From assembly GCA_963817955.1 (NCBI GenBank), contig CAWFQK010000001.1, positions 320,001 through 384,000 on the forward strand: DNA of 64,000 nucleotides, given 5' to 3'. Position 1 is the first letter of the stretch. Each line of letters opens with the position of its first letter. Source of the stretch: an uncultured Gemmatimonadaceae bacterium. Lineage in GTDB: Bacteria > Gemmatimonadota > Gemmatimonadetes > Gemmatimonadales > Gemmatimonadaceae. This document shows, in pieces, positions 37,281 through 47,362 of this stretch. The position numbers were made by a program, and so were the translations under genes. Under the pieces are notes generated by a model that saw only the letters and a list, made by a program, of their open reading frames with translations, had not been told where the DNA came from and made no database searches.

Positions 37281-38461
37281 GGGACGTGCGGGTTCGTCGG
37301 GCGCGCTGAGTCCCGGCGGGGCGCGTGATCGGCATTCGCGACGAACAGCGCCGCGTCGAATACCATTTGCGTGAGCCTCGCATAGTCTGGATAGTCGATG
37401 TACTGCGCCTCGTCCGTCACCTGGTGGTAATCCATGTGCGACCCCCGCGAGAGCGACACGCTTGGAATGCCGTACCGAGCGTAGTTGTAGTGATCGGCGC
37501 GACAGTAGTACTGCTCCGGATGCCCCGGTGCATCGAATTCGTAGTTGAATACGAACGGCAGTGGCTCCTTGGCGTTTACTGACTCAAACCAGTCGCCGAA
37601 TTCCTTCGACAGGCGCCGGAGCCCCACGACTTCGAGATATTTCGGTCCGCCAGCCGCAATATCGCGCGCCGCACCGCGACCGATCATATCGACGTCAATC
37701 TCGGCGACGATGGAATCCAGTGGCACCGTAGGATGGTCGGTGTACCACGCTGAGCCGAGCAATCCAGCCTCCTCGGCGGTATGCGATACGAGGAGAATCG
37801 ACCGCCGCGGCCTCACGGTGCCTGTACCGAATGCCTCCGCGATTTCGATGAGCGCAACGGTGCCACTGCCGTCGTCGTCAGCGCCATTGTAGATGGAATC
37901 TGGCCGAGGCTCGTGCACCTTACGAAGACTGTCGAGAATCGATCGAATCTGATCCTCTTCCGCTCCCGACGGCGTACGCGGCCGGCTGTCGGCACCGAGC
38001 GGGCGAACGACCGTGTTGTAGGCGCGCAGAGAATCATGATCGACGGGCCGGTGGTTGTAACCGATGTGATCGTTGTGTGCGGTAATCGCCACGTATTCTC
38101 CGCGACGCGCAGAGTCAGTACCGGGAACGATTGCAATGACATTCCGGGCCAGGCCCCGTCGCGCTGTCGTGTCCTGAACCAGGATGTTCGGAACGGTCTG
38201 GAAGTAGGTGCCATGCTCTCCCGCCGGCCGCAGCCCAAGTCGCTGGAATTGCGCGGCGACGTACGCGGTGGCTTCTTCATTCCAGTACGTGCCGGCTTGT
38301 CGGCCCATCATCGAATCGGCGGCGAACGCCTGCAGCCGTTCCCGCAAGTCGCCCGGCGTAATGGCGGTCGAGGTCCCAGCGACCGAGCTTACCGAGACGC
38401 GAACGCACGAGGCCGCAACGCAGGCGACCGCGACCAATCTGGTCGATCGAATGAGGCGCAT
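37268..38461 (-). CDS. M28 family peptidase
   Basis: AHNDH, NGADDDGSGT, AEEAGLLGS, DMIG, DYHQVTD. Confidence 0.9.
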   Translation of the reverse strand: MRLIRSTRLVAVACVAASCVRVSVSSVAGTSTAITPGDLRERLQAFAADSMMGRQAGTYWNEEATAYVAAQFQRLGLRPAGEHGTYFQTVPNILVQDTTARRGLARNVIAIVPGTDSARRGEYVAITAHNDHIGYNHRPVDHDSLRAYNTVVRPLGADSRPRTPSGAEEDQIRSILDSLRKVHEPRPDSIYNGADDDGSGTVALIEIAEAFGTGTVRPRRSILLVSHTAEEAGLLGSAWYTDHPTVPLDSIVAEIDVDMIGRGAARDIAAGGPKYLEVVGLRRLSKEFGDWFESVNAKEPLPFVFNYEFDAPGHPEQYYCRADHYNYARYGIPSVSLSRGSHMDYHQVTDEAQYIDYPDYARLTQMVFDAALFVANADHAPRRDSARPTNPHVPCRQ

Positions 38462-38543
38462 GGCAGATTCAGGAGATGACAACGCAAGATCAAAGCTGAC
38501 GTTGTGGCGCGCTACTCAGTTGCACGAGATCCTGGGGGGTCCA

Positions 38544-38963
38544 ATGAAGAGACATCGCACACTTGCGGCCATTGCCGGTGTCATGGGATTCGCAATCGTG
38601 GCATTCGCCTGTCCCACGGCCGCCCCTGACCGTTTGCCAAACGGCATCTGGGGTGGCGAGCACATTGGCATGGTCGTCGCCGACACGGGCGCGACCATCG
38701 AGTACGATTGTGCGAGCGGGTCAATCGATGAGCCTCTCCGCCTGGACGCATCGGGCAATTTCATCTGGCACGGTGTCCATCACATAGGCCATGGCGGCCC
38801 CGTTCGCATTGACGAGCCGCCGAACAACCATGCGGCGCGGTATACCGGTCACGCGTCGGCTACGAAGATGACCATGACCCTGACGCTCACCGACACGACC
38901 TATCCGGCGCAGACCTTCACGCTATCGCGCGGAGGGACGCCCTACGTCTTTCGTTGCCTGTAG
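38544..38963 (+). CDS. Hypothetical lipoprotein
   Basis: AFAC lipobox; G.WGGEH..EYDCASG.I; C-terminal RCL. Confidence 0.75.
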   Translation: MKRHRTLAAIAGVMGFAIVAFACPTAAPDRLPNGIWGGEHIGMVVADTGATIEYDCASGSIDEPLRLDASGNFIWHGVHHIGHGGPVRIDEPPNNHAARYTGHASATKMTMTLTLTDTTYPAQTFTLSRGGTPYVFRCL

Positions 38964-39143
38964 CAGCTGTGCCCGCGAGGCGGTCGACATACGGAATGTG
39001 TATACGAGTACCGGCATACCATTACCGTAGACGCCCGATTCTTGCTTGTGCTCCCTCACATAAGGGCCGCATAATGAAAAATTGACGAAATTCCCGGCAT
39101 CTGCCCAGGATTTACCCTTTCGCGTTTCCCGATATCTACTAAG

Positions 39144-39159
39144 ATTAAAGCGCTCTAAT
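39144..39159. promoter_or_regulatory. Palindromic operator candidate for the XRE regulator
   Basis: ATTAAAGCGCTCTAAT (one mismatched pair) in an AT-rich upstream region. Confidence 0.4.
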
Positions 39160-39499
39160 GTCTTCGTCACCTAGAACTTTCCATCTTTCCCAACGGACCG
39201 TGGCACGATCTATCTCCAAGAGCAGCCCGAAACGGGCGAGCACTGAGTCGGTCATCCCCAAGAACGTTCTCGCGAAGGAAATCGCGAAAATTCTCGAGGA
39301 TCAGGACCTGACCCAGACCGAAGCCGCGTACATCATGCGTGACGCACCGTCACAGATCTCCCTAGTGGTTACAGGGAAGCTGCGCGGATTCTCAACCGAG
39401 CGCCTGCTGCGCATGCTGGCCCGCCTCGGACGCGACATCGACATCACCATCCGTCCGTCCAAGGGCAAGCAAGGGAAGGTCAGCGTAATCAGAAAGTAG
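39158..39499 (+). CDS. XRE-family HTH regulator (HigA-like)
   Basis: LTQTEAA....PSQIS....GKLRGFS.ERL..ML..LG.DI.I; start may be GTG at 39200. Confidence 0.85.
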   Translation: MSSSPRTFHLSQRTVARSISKSSPKRASTESVIPKNVLAKEIAKILEDQDLTQTEAAYIMRDAPSQISLVVTGKLRGFSTERLLRMLARLGRDIDITIRPSKGKQGKVSVIRK

Positions 39500-39521
39500 G
39501 CGCCGAGGCTGATTGACAGGG

Positions 39522-39555
39522 CAACGACGGCGCCGAGCATTCGGTGCCGTCGTTG
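39522..39555. terminator. Hairpin terminator between convergent genes
   Basis: CAACGACGGCGCCGA-GCAT-TCGGTGCCGTCGTTG. Confidence 0.7.
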
Positions 39556-39596
39556 TTGGCGTGTCTACTCGATTCCAGAATCCGCCGGTTCCGGCC

Positions 39597-40847
39597 TTAC
39601 TCGTGGTGTATGGCGTCGATTGGCGAGAGTTTCGCCGCCCGCATCGCCGGATAGAGGCCGAACGACAGGCCAACAGCAACCGACGCGCCTATCGCCACGA
39701 GCACGGTGCTCACCGAGAGCCAGGCCTGGACCGGCGTGTTTGACATGTGCCGCATGATCGCTGTAATGGCGAACGCTGCCCCGGCACCGATCAACAACCC
39801 GATCAGACTTCCCACACTGGTGATCGCCACCGACTCGCAAAGGAATTGCCACAAGATGTGCCGCTGCGCCGCACCGACTGCCTTGCGAATACCGATCTCG
39901 CGCGTGCGTTCGATCACGGAGCTTAGCAGCACGTTCATGATGCCGATGCCGCCAACGATCAGCGAGATGCTCATCAGCGCTCCCATGAACAGTTTGAACA
40001 GCAGTAGCGCCTTGCTGACCTGATCGAGCCTCGCCTCGTCCGACACGACCGTCACACGATCCTTCCAGCCAGGGCCGAACTGCTTCGTCGCCCAGCTTTC
40101 GACGTGCGAGCGCGTCACGGCAACACCTTCTACCGTCTTGGCCGTCGCCGTCAGTATCGACGGTCGATCGAACGGTCCGACGATGACCGCCCCAGCGATG
40201 GCACTGATCGGCATGATCGCTCGACGCGCAGTTTCCGTTTCTTCGGCCTTGAGGACGCCAATGATCTGCCGGGGCTGGCCCTGAAAGAGCAAGGTGTCCC
40301 CGATGACGTCGCGCGGCGTACGGCCATGAGCGACATCATTTGCCAGCTTGTACGACACAACCACCACAGGCGCGCCGCTCGCCGCCTCGGCGGCCGTGAA
40401 GACGCGCCCGCCCAAAAGCGTGGAATCCACCATCGATGGTTCAGGCGCGAGCAACCCCATCACGTGTGCGGCGTGTGGCGTGGTGTCGGCTCGGGTCGTG
40501 ACGAGCGCCGTGCCGTTCTCCGTCATGTTGACCGACCCGTATTCGCTCACGGCTGCACGGAGAGAGTTGGCCTCAACGAGTGTGAGCTTGACGGGATTGG
40601 GTTCCGCGATCGGTGTGCCGTCGATGATTCGAAACAGGCGCGGGGTTACCGCAATTCGTTGCAAGTCGGTCGTCTTGCCGATCTGTTCATGCGCCAGCCG
40701 TTGCATGCCGTCGCCGACAGAGAGCACCGCGACCAACGCCGCTACCCCGATGACGATGCCGAGCGTGGAAAGGACCGTCCGCAGCGGATTGGCGCGAAGC
40801 GTGTCGAACCCGATGGAGATGGAGGTGGTCAGAATGGGATTGGTCAT
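39597..40847 (-). CDS. MacB/FtsX-family ABC permease
   Basis: RTVLSTLGIVIGVA, GGIGIMNV, ERTREIGIRKAVGA; start MTNP. Confidence 0.92.
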   Translation of the reverse strand: MTNPILTTSISIGFDTLRANPLRTVLSTLGIVIGVAALVAVLSVGDGMQRLAHEQIGKTTDLQRIAVTPRLFRIIDGTPIAEPNPVKLTLVEANSLRAAVSEYGSVNMTENGTALVTTRADTTPHAAHVMGLLAPEPSMVDSTLLGGRVFTAAEAASGAPVVVVSYKLANDVAHGRTPRDVIGDTLLFQGQPRQIIGVLKAEETETARRAIMPISAIAGAVIVGPFDRPSILTATAKTVEGVAVTRSHVESWATKQFGPGWKDRVTVVSDEARLDQVSKALLLFKLFMGALMSISLIVGGIGIMNVLLSSVIERTREIGIRKAVGAAQRHILWQFLCESVAITSVGSLIGLLIGAGAAFAITAIMRHMSNTPVQAWLSVSTVLVAIGASVAVGLSFGLYPAMRAAKLSPIDAIHHE

Positions 40848-40952
40848 GAGGCTGCGTACGAGCCAAGAGAGTGGGCGGTTCCAACGGGACGCAAAATCTG
40901 TTTCGAAGGGAGTTTCATGGAAACTCCGGCAGGCTTGCGTCGTCGAGAAGGT

Positions 40953-41111
40953 ATGAGAAAAATCCTCGCTTTCGTTGGCGCCACCATCGGCGGGTACATC
41001 GGATGGTGGCTCGGCAATTTCGCCGGGTTCATGACGGCATTCATCCTGAGCACCATCGGGTCCGGCGTCGGGATGTACTACGCCTACCGGGCCGCGCAGC
41101 ACTACGAGTGA
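40953..41111 (+). CDS. Small 52-aa Gly-rich membrane protein
   Basis: GAAGG RBS; MRKILAFVGATIGGYIGWWLG... Confidence 0.7.
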   Translation: MRKILAFVGATIGGYIGWWLGNFAGFMTAFILSTIGSGVGMYYAYRAAQHYE

Positions 41112-41112
41112 T

Positions 41113-43524
41113 TCAGAACTTCGCTTCGAGATAGAGATCTGCCCGATACTGCTTTCGCGGATACAGTCCGCGGGCAACGTCGAACCGGAAGAGTCCATCG
41201 AGGAACGACACACCGGCTCCGACGCCGCTCATCGGCCGACCGACCTCGCGGATCTTCGTCCGGTCGCCGGTCCAGCCGAGATCGGCGAATATCATCTGAC
41301 GCACGGCTGCGTCGTTCGAGCCAATCTCCAAGCGACTCAACCAAAAGGCGTTCCCGCTCTGCGCCGTGTCCGGGCTCTGGCCACGCACCGTTTGCGAACC
41401 GCCGAGATACCAGCGGCGCTGCGGCGGCAGACCGCCAACAGAACTGCCGCCGGATACTGTCAGCGCCGCCGCGAGCCGACCGAGGCCGCGTGTTGCCGTG
41501 AGGTCCAACGCGCCTCGACCATACATGGAGTCGCCCGCCGCCGCCTCGACGCGCAGATCGGTGAATAGTCTGAATCCGCGCGGGTCCAAGCCATAGTCGT
41601 GCGTGAGGCGCGCACCGATGCCGGAGTATGTGCCCCGCCGAGCGACCAGATTGGCGGGGAAATTAGCACCGTTGATGGTGAAGTTCGTGTGCACGGCGGC
41701 GGTCCGCTGCCGTTCGACGAACGCGCGCCAATCAACATGGGTTCCGCCGCCAAAGGAGGCATCGCGCGAGCCGTGAAGCTCTGCGCCCGATGCGCGATAG
41801 TAGAATCCCTCATCACGTCCGAACATCAACGCCGAGAACGAGCTGCCGAAACTCAGGGGATGTCCCCAATCGCTCGCTGATACAAGGCGATTGTACGCGC
41901 TCACAGCGATTGCATCGGTGAGATTCGTGCGCGTTCCCGTCAACTCCACGTTTGGCTCGAGATCCGCAAGACCGAGCCGCCCTACCACCGTGGCTTCATA
42001 CCCGCCGCCCAGCTGCTGGTCGACCATCGCGCCGAGTGACAGACCCTCGACTCGATTGTACCGCATCATCGACGGGCCGTAGGAGATGGCCGGCGGCGGC
42101 AACAGCCGCATCCGAACCGTAAACGGGGCCTGCGCAGTGAGCGACAGCGCCTCTGCCTTCAGCGCTTCGAGCTCCTTTGCGCCGAACAACTCCTCACCGG
42201 GGTCGTAGATCGACGGTGGGAGATCGGGCGAATGTTCCAGCGTCGACAGGTCGCACGGCGTGCGGACAGCAACGCGAAGCTGTGAGCCGTACCGCGTCGT
42301 CGTATAAAGCTGCGTGTCGGAGGTATCGCACTGCGACGAGTGCGGGGCGCGCTGCTTGAGGCCGCGCCGAATGGAATCGTTGGATGCTTGAGTGCGTTCG
42401 CGCCGTACCGCGCGCACCGAGTCGCGCCACTGCTGGGCTGCATCCTCACTCAACGAGTCTGGCGCGCGCAGTGGGTTCGCCGCGACTTTGATCTGGGGGA
42501 GCGTGTCCTTGCCGTTGACGCTGGCATACGTGAAACTCTCCTCCATTTTGAATGGCACGTGCATGAAGCTCACCTGCGCGCTTCCTTCGGCGAGCCGCAA
42601 GCGCGGAAGCCAGAAGCGGCCCTCATGCAGGCCGTATTCGACGGCGATCGCCGACACCTCCGCCTTCATCGGGGTAATCATCGGCTTCACCCACACCGGC
42701 ACGTCGTCCATCGACTTCGGGTCTTGGTCGCGCGCGACGGCCCAAATGTCCATTGGAATGGAGAGTCGGTACGCCGCGCGCACGAGCTGACCCGACTTCG
42801 TGTCAAACCAGAGCGAACCGACGGCGAGATTCCATTTCGGTTCGCGCGGCCGAACCTTCAGTTCGCGAAGTTGAATAACCGTACCGTTCGGCAACTTGAA
42901 GCTGATCGAGTCACCGGTCTCGTAGGTATAGTAGGCCTCGGCCCCATCGGCGATCGGATGAACAAGCTCCGTCTCGTCCACTTGCGTACGCGCGACATTG
43001 CTGCCGATCCAGAGCGGCTCATATCCCGGAAAGTACGGGATGGATGCATCCATGTCGGCCCCGTTCACGTCGCTGCGGATCTCCGCACGATCGTCCTGCG
43101 GGGCCACGGGAACCACTGTGCGATCGCCCTTCGTGTCGATCCAAACGCCGACGCCCTGCTGCCAGCGAACGCGTGACGCGTTCTCGGTCCGGAACAGCAG
43201 GCGGTCGCGCCCGATCCTGGTGAAGCCCATGCCCGCCGAGATACGCTGATAAGACATGGCGTCATACGCCACGAGCGCCGAATCCTGGGTCAGACGGGCG
43301 TGGCGCGCCGCCAGCAGGGTCGTCCGCGCCGTAACGTCCTTGAACGCGGTGGCGAGGACCTCGGCTGTGACCGCTTTCCGCTTGCCTTGTCGGTGACGTT
43401 TGCTTGCGGTAGCAGCACTGTCGACGAGGCTATCGCGAACGACGGGTGACCGCCGTTGACCGCCACCGATCTGAATTTGGACCTGAAGATTTAGCGCGAG
43501 CGCGCCAGCGAGGAGCAGAAACAT
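41113..43524 (-). CDS. Outer-membrane protein with Omp85/ShlB-like C-terminal barrel
   Basis: RYNRVEGL; LGGSQTVRG; FADLGW; C-terminal YLEAKF. Confidence 0.7.
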   Translation of the reverse strand: MFLLLAGALALNLQVQIQIGGGQRRSPVVRDSLVDSAATASKRHRQGKRKAVTAEVLATAFKDVTARTTLLAARHARLTQDSALVAYDAMSYQRISAGMGFTRIGRDRLLFRTENASRVRWQQGVGVWIDTKGDRTVVPVAPQDDRAEIRSDVNGADMDASIPYFPGYEPLWIGSNVARTQVDETELVHPIADGAEAYYTYETGDSISFKLPNGTVIQLRELKVRPREPKWNLAVGSLWFDTKSGQLVRAAYRLSIPMDIWAVARDQDPKSMDDVPVWVKPMITPMKAEVSAIAVEYGLHEGRFWLPRLRLAEGSAQVSFMHVPFKMEESFTYASVNGKDTLPQIKVAANPLRAPDSLSEDAAQQWRDSVRAVRRERTQASNDSIRRGLKQRAPHSSQCDTSDTQLYTTTRYGSQLRVAVRTPCDLSTLEHSPDLPPSIYDPGEELFGAKELEALKAEALSLTAQAPFTVRMRLLPPPAISYGPSMMRYNRVEGLSLGAMVDQQLGGGYEATVVGRLGLADLEPNVELTGTRTNLTDAIAVSAYNRLVSASDWGHPLSFGSSFSALMFGRDEGFYYRASGAELHGSRDASFGGGTHVDWRAFVERQRTAAVHTNFTINGANFPANLVARRGTYSGIGARLTHDYGLDPRGFRLFTDLRVEAAAGDSMYGRGALDLTATRGLGRLAAALTVSGGSSVGGLPPQRRWYLGGSQTVRGQSPDTAQSGNAFWLSRLEIGSNDAAVRQMIFADLGWTGDRTKIREVGRPMSGVGAGVSFLDGLFRFDVARGLYPRKQYRADLYLEAKF

Positions 43525-43611
43525 GATGCGGTGAGCCTCGGGAAGGACGGCAACTCAACAACCTACGTGTCCGCCCGGGACCCGGTTTCGAAATCGCCAC
43601 GAGCCCGTTGT

Positions 43612-44859
43612 TCAGCGTGTCTGTCGATTCGGTGGCCCGGTGATCGAGGCTGGCTTGAGCCCCGCTTGCTGCCGCACGGCGTTGAGCTTCCTGATGTTGT
43701 GTATCCGGAGGCGCTCGAACCGCGCCCATTCTTGCCGATCGAGTACCGTTTGCCGAGCAGCGGGGAGTCCGCTCAGCGTGAGCACAAGGGCAATCAGGAG
43801 CGAGCCGGCTAGCGCCATTGGCGCGCCCGGTATTGCCTGCCGTTGGCCGATATCGAGTTGCTTTGTCAACCCAGGGAACCGGCGTTGAACCCACACGGTC
43901 ATGATGATCGTTGCCAGGCCGAGCGTGGCCAGGACAATAGGGTAGCTGGCGGCACGGTCGAAGACGTTGAACGTGAGGTACCCAAGGTACGACAGGAATC
44001 CCACGAACGCCGCGGCGAGGAACAAACGGCGCCGCAATCGAAGGGCCGCGACGACGAACAGCGCCGACATCGCCAGCATCGCGTGCGCGGCAATGACCTT
44101 CGATTCACGCCAAAAGCCAGCCATGGCTGGAAGGAGTGCCACAAGTCCCGCCAAATAGAACCAGGTGGCGTAGTCCTCATCCGCGGCAGTACGGCGATCC
44201 ACCGCGTAGCCAATCGTCAGCAGTGATAGCGCGAGCAGGAGCGGAAGCCTGCCGTTGAGCGCGTTCGCTACGTTTTGATCGAAGACCAGAGAGAAAGCGT
44301 GAGCGCCCGTGGCCATCGCTGCTGCTGCAAGCGGCAACCCCAGAACGTCAAACCGCACGCGACGCAGCGCGACCAATCCCGCCAATAGTGTGGTTAAGTC
44401 GATCGGCAGCCAACGCACGTTTTCCCAATCATGCGAATACGGCAGAGCAAACCACTGTGGCTGCGATGGCGGCGTCCAATCCCAAATCCCGGTCAATGAC
44501 AGCAGGGACCAGGTTACTAACGGGACGATGCCGATTACGAGGACAGTCGCAACGCCGGCGGCGGTGCGGAATCCGTGGCCGGCAAGCAACCGTGCCGTCC
44601 ACGCAAAGAGCGCGGCGTACACCAGCGATACCACCAGCACACCGGCTGCACCCAGCATGCTCCAACGCACGATGAGGAACCAGCCGAAGGCGACCAATAC
44701 GGCAATTCCACCCGCCCAATAGGCGACATTCACCGCGTTCAGTCCCCGCCTAGCCTCGCCGCCTGCCGGCGTCTGGCCGAGCGCCAACAACGCGTCCCGC
44801 TGCTGCTCGGTAATAATGCCCGTGTTTACGGCGCGGTCGACCTGTTCACGCGATATCAT
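43612..44859 (-). CDS. DUF2157-like polytopic membrane protein
   Basis: G.IT.QQ..AL N-terminus; many TM segments; start MISRE. Confidence 0.7.
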   Translation of the reverse strand: MISREQVDRAVNTGIITEQQRDALLALGQTPAGGEARRGLNAVNVAYWAGGIAVLVAFGWFLIVRWSMLGAAGVLVVSLVYAALFAWTARLLAGHGFRTAAGVATVLVIGIVPLVTWSLLSLTGIWDWTPPSQPQWFALPYSHDWENVRWLPIDLTTLLAGLVALRRVRFDVLGLPLAAAAMATGAHAFSLVFDQNVANALNGRLPLLLALSLLTIGYAVDRRTAADEDYATWFYLAGLVALLPAMAGFWRESKVIAAHAMLAMSALFVVAALRLRRRLFLAAAFVGFLSYLGYLTFNVFDRAASYPIVLATLGLATIIMTVWVQRRFPGLTKQLDIGQRQAIPGAPMALAGSLLIALVLTLSGLPAARQTVLDRQEWARFERLRIHNIRKLNAVRQQAGLKPASITGPPNRQTR

Positions 44860-44951
44860 GTCGGCACCATTGCGAGTGAACGACTCCGAGGATCGATTTG
44901 GAAGTCGCTCCGTTTGATCGCTGAATGCTCCACCCAACCTGGGTCCCATCG

Positions 44952-46361
44952 ATGCGCCGATTCCATTCGCTCTCTCTCCTCGCGGCGCTCCTCGTCGCGG
45001 CCCCCGCGACCGCGCAGCAGCGCCCCGCGCCCATCGACTGGAATGCTCTCACGAACGAGACCGTCTCCGTCCTTTCGAACTATATCAAGATCAATTCGAC
45101 CAATCCGCCGGGCAATGAGCTGCAGACCGCGCGCTTTCTCAAAGCAATGCTCGAGAAAGAAGGCATCGAGGCACAGATCCTCGACACCGCCGAGTTGAAG
45201 CCGGCGGGGCGTGCGAACCTATACGCTCGCCTCAAGGGCAACGGGTCCAAGAAAGCGGTCGCGCTCGTGCATCACATGGACGTCGTGCCGGTCACACGGA
45301 GCTCCTGGTTAATGGATCCGTTTTCCGGCCAGGTCAAAGACGGGTACGTGTACGGCCGCGGCACCATCGACATGAAGGGGGAAGGCATCACGTTCCTCAT
45401 GACGATGATCGCCATCAAGCGCAGTGGCATGACACTCAATCGTGACATCGTGTTCATTGGCAACGCCGACGAGGAATTGGGCTCGACAGGTGCCGCCATA
45501 TTCGTCCAACGTCATCCCGACTTGCTTCGCGATGTAGAGTATCTGATGACGGAAGGCGGCGGCAATCAAGTGGAGAAGGGCAAGCTGCTGTACTATGGCG
45601 TCGGCGTCGCCGAGAAACGCACGTTTTGGCAGCGCCTGTCGGTCACCGGCACGCCGTCGCACGCATCTCGTCCCACCAAGCTCAACCCGGTGCCGAAGCT
45701 GGTCGCCGCCCTCGACAAGATTGCGAAGTACGAGACGCCGCTCCATGCGACCGCGGGCGTCCAGAAGTACTTCCACGACATTGCCACGACGTATCCGGAA
45801 CCACGCCGTTCATGGCTGAGCGATGTGACGAAAGCACTGCAGATTCCGAAGGCGCGTGAGTGGATCCTGAGCGACGTCTATTGGAATGCCATTCTCCGGA
45901 ACACGATCTCGCTGACCGTTCTCCAAGGCTCGAACAAGACGAACGTCATTCCGGCCGAAGCCACGGCGGAGATCGATATTCGCCTGCTGCCGGACACCGA
46001 CCCGCGTGAGTTTCTTGCCACATTGACGCGCATCGTCAACGACACGTCGGTGCACTTCACGACGCTGCTCGAACCAAAGACGCCGCTCGAGAATCCGATC
46101 GCGACGGATCTTTTCCGGGCCATTGAACGCGCCTCGCACGATCGCGATCCGAAGGCGCTGGTTACCACGCCCATGCTCACGGCGGCCACGGATCGCCCGA
46201 CGTACCGCAAGCTCGGCATCATCACCTATGGCTTCGACCCGTTCAAGATCGAGGCGTCGGACATTCAGACGGGAATGCATGGCAATAACGAACGCCTGTC
46301 GATTCAGAACATCGGTTTCGGGCTCAAGTACACCTACGACGTCCTTCGGTACGTGCAGTAG
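44952..46361 (+). CDS. Secreted M20 family peptidase
   Basis: NPPGNE, HMDVVP, GRGTIDMKG, ADEE, HGNNER. Confidence 0.92.
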   Translation: MRRFHSLSLLAALLVAAPATAQQRPAPIDWNALTNETVSVLSNYIKINSTNPPGNELQTARFLKAMLEKEGIEAQILDTAELKPAGRANLYARLKGNGSKKAVALVHHMDVVPVTRSSWLMDPFSGQVKDGYVYGRGTIDMKGEGITFLMTMIAIKRSGMTLNRDIVFIGNADEELGSTGAAIFVQRHPDLLRDVEYLMTEGGGNQVEKGKLLYYGVGVAEKRTFWQRLSVTGTPSHASRPTKLNPVPKLVAALDKIAKYETPLHATAGVQKYFHDIATTYPEPRRSWLSDVTKALQIPKAREWILSDVYWNAILRNTISLTVLQGSNKTNVIPAEATAEIDIRLLPDTDPREFLATLTRIVNDTSVHFTTLLEPKTPLENPIATDLFRAIERASHDRDPKALVTTPMLTAATDRPTYRKLGIITYGFDPFKIEASDIQTGMHGNNERLSIQNIGFGLKYTYDVLRYVQ

Positions 46362-46414
46362 CTCAGGTTGGTCGGCGCGCGGCGACGGGCACGGGGATGT
46401 AGAATTCAGGCCGT

Positions 46415-47362
46415 ATGCCTAATTCAGTGATCTCGGCCCCCGCGCTGTTCGTCAAAGACTTGCGAAAACACTACGGCGACGTGTGCGCCGTGGACGGGCT
46501 CGATTTGTCGATCGCCCAGGGCGAGTGTTTCGGCCTTCTCGGTCCCAATGGAGCGGGAAAGACGACGACCATCGAGATCTGCGAAGGTCTGCTGTCGCCG
46601 GATTCCGGCCAGGTCGAGCTGCTCGGTTTGACATGGGGACATCACGAGAAAGAACTGCGCGAGCGGCTCGGCATTCAGCTCCAGGACACACAGCTCGCTG
46701 AAAAACTGACGGTTGAAGAAACGGTGCGCTTGTTCCGCAGCTTTTACCCGCGCGGGCGTACGGTGGACGAGGTGATCGCCCTCGTCCAGCTCGACGAAAA
46801 GCGCTCGGCGCGCGTCGGCAAGCTGTCGGGCGGCCAGAAGCAGCGGCTCGCGCTCGCCTGCGCCATCGTCGGTGATCCCGATCTGCTCTTCCTCGATGAA
46901 CCAACCACTGGTCTCGACCCGCAGTCGCGACGCCAGTTGTGGGATCTGATCACGGAATTCAAATCCCTCGGCCGCAGCATCCTGTTGACTACGCATTACA
47001 TGGATGAAGCCGAGATACTGTGTGATCGTGTCGCGATCGTCGATCACGGTCAGGTGATCGCGCTCGGCACCCCGTTGGAGCTGATCGGTTCGCTCGGGGC
47101 CGAGCAGGTCGTGGAGTTCGCGCTCGCCGACAGCGCCGCGCCACTCGACGAGACAAGGCTTCGTGAGATTGACGGTGTGCGGTCAGCGCGGGCGCTCGCC
47201 GGCGGATACGAGCTCCAGGTGGACGCACTGCACCGCACGGTGCCCGCACTGCTCGCGCTGCTCGCCCGGCAAGGGTTGGAGTTGGCGCAGCTTTCGACCC
47301 ACTCCGCTACACTCGAAGACGTATTCGTGTCGCTCACCGGGAGACAGTTGCGCGATGAGTAA
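46415..47362 (+). CDS. ABC-2 type exporter ATP-binding protein
   Basis: GPNGAGKTT, LSGGQ, DEPTTGLD, TTHYMDEA. Confidence 0.95.
   Translation: MPNSVISAPALFVKDLRKHYGDVCAVDGLDLSIAQGECFGLLGPNGAGKTTTIEICEGLLSPDSGQVELLGLTWGHHEKELRERLGIQLQDTQLAEKLTVEETVRLFRSFYPRGRTVDEVIALVQLDEKRSARVGKLSGGQKQRLALACAIVGDPDLLFLDEPTTGLDPQSRRQLWDLITEFKSLGRSILLTTHYMDEAEILCDRVAIVDHGQVIALGTPLELIGSLGAEQVVEFALADSAAPLDETRLREIDGVRSARALAGGYELQVDALHRTVPALLALLARQGLELAQLSTHSATLEDVFVSLTGRQLRDE

Noticed and set aside
38922..39170. 82-aa minus-strand ORF as a toxin partner
   Set aside because: Wrong orientation, overlaps both neighbours, no recognisable toxin motif
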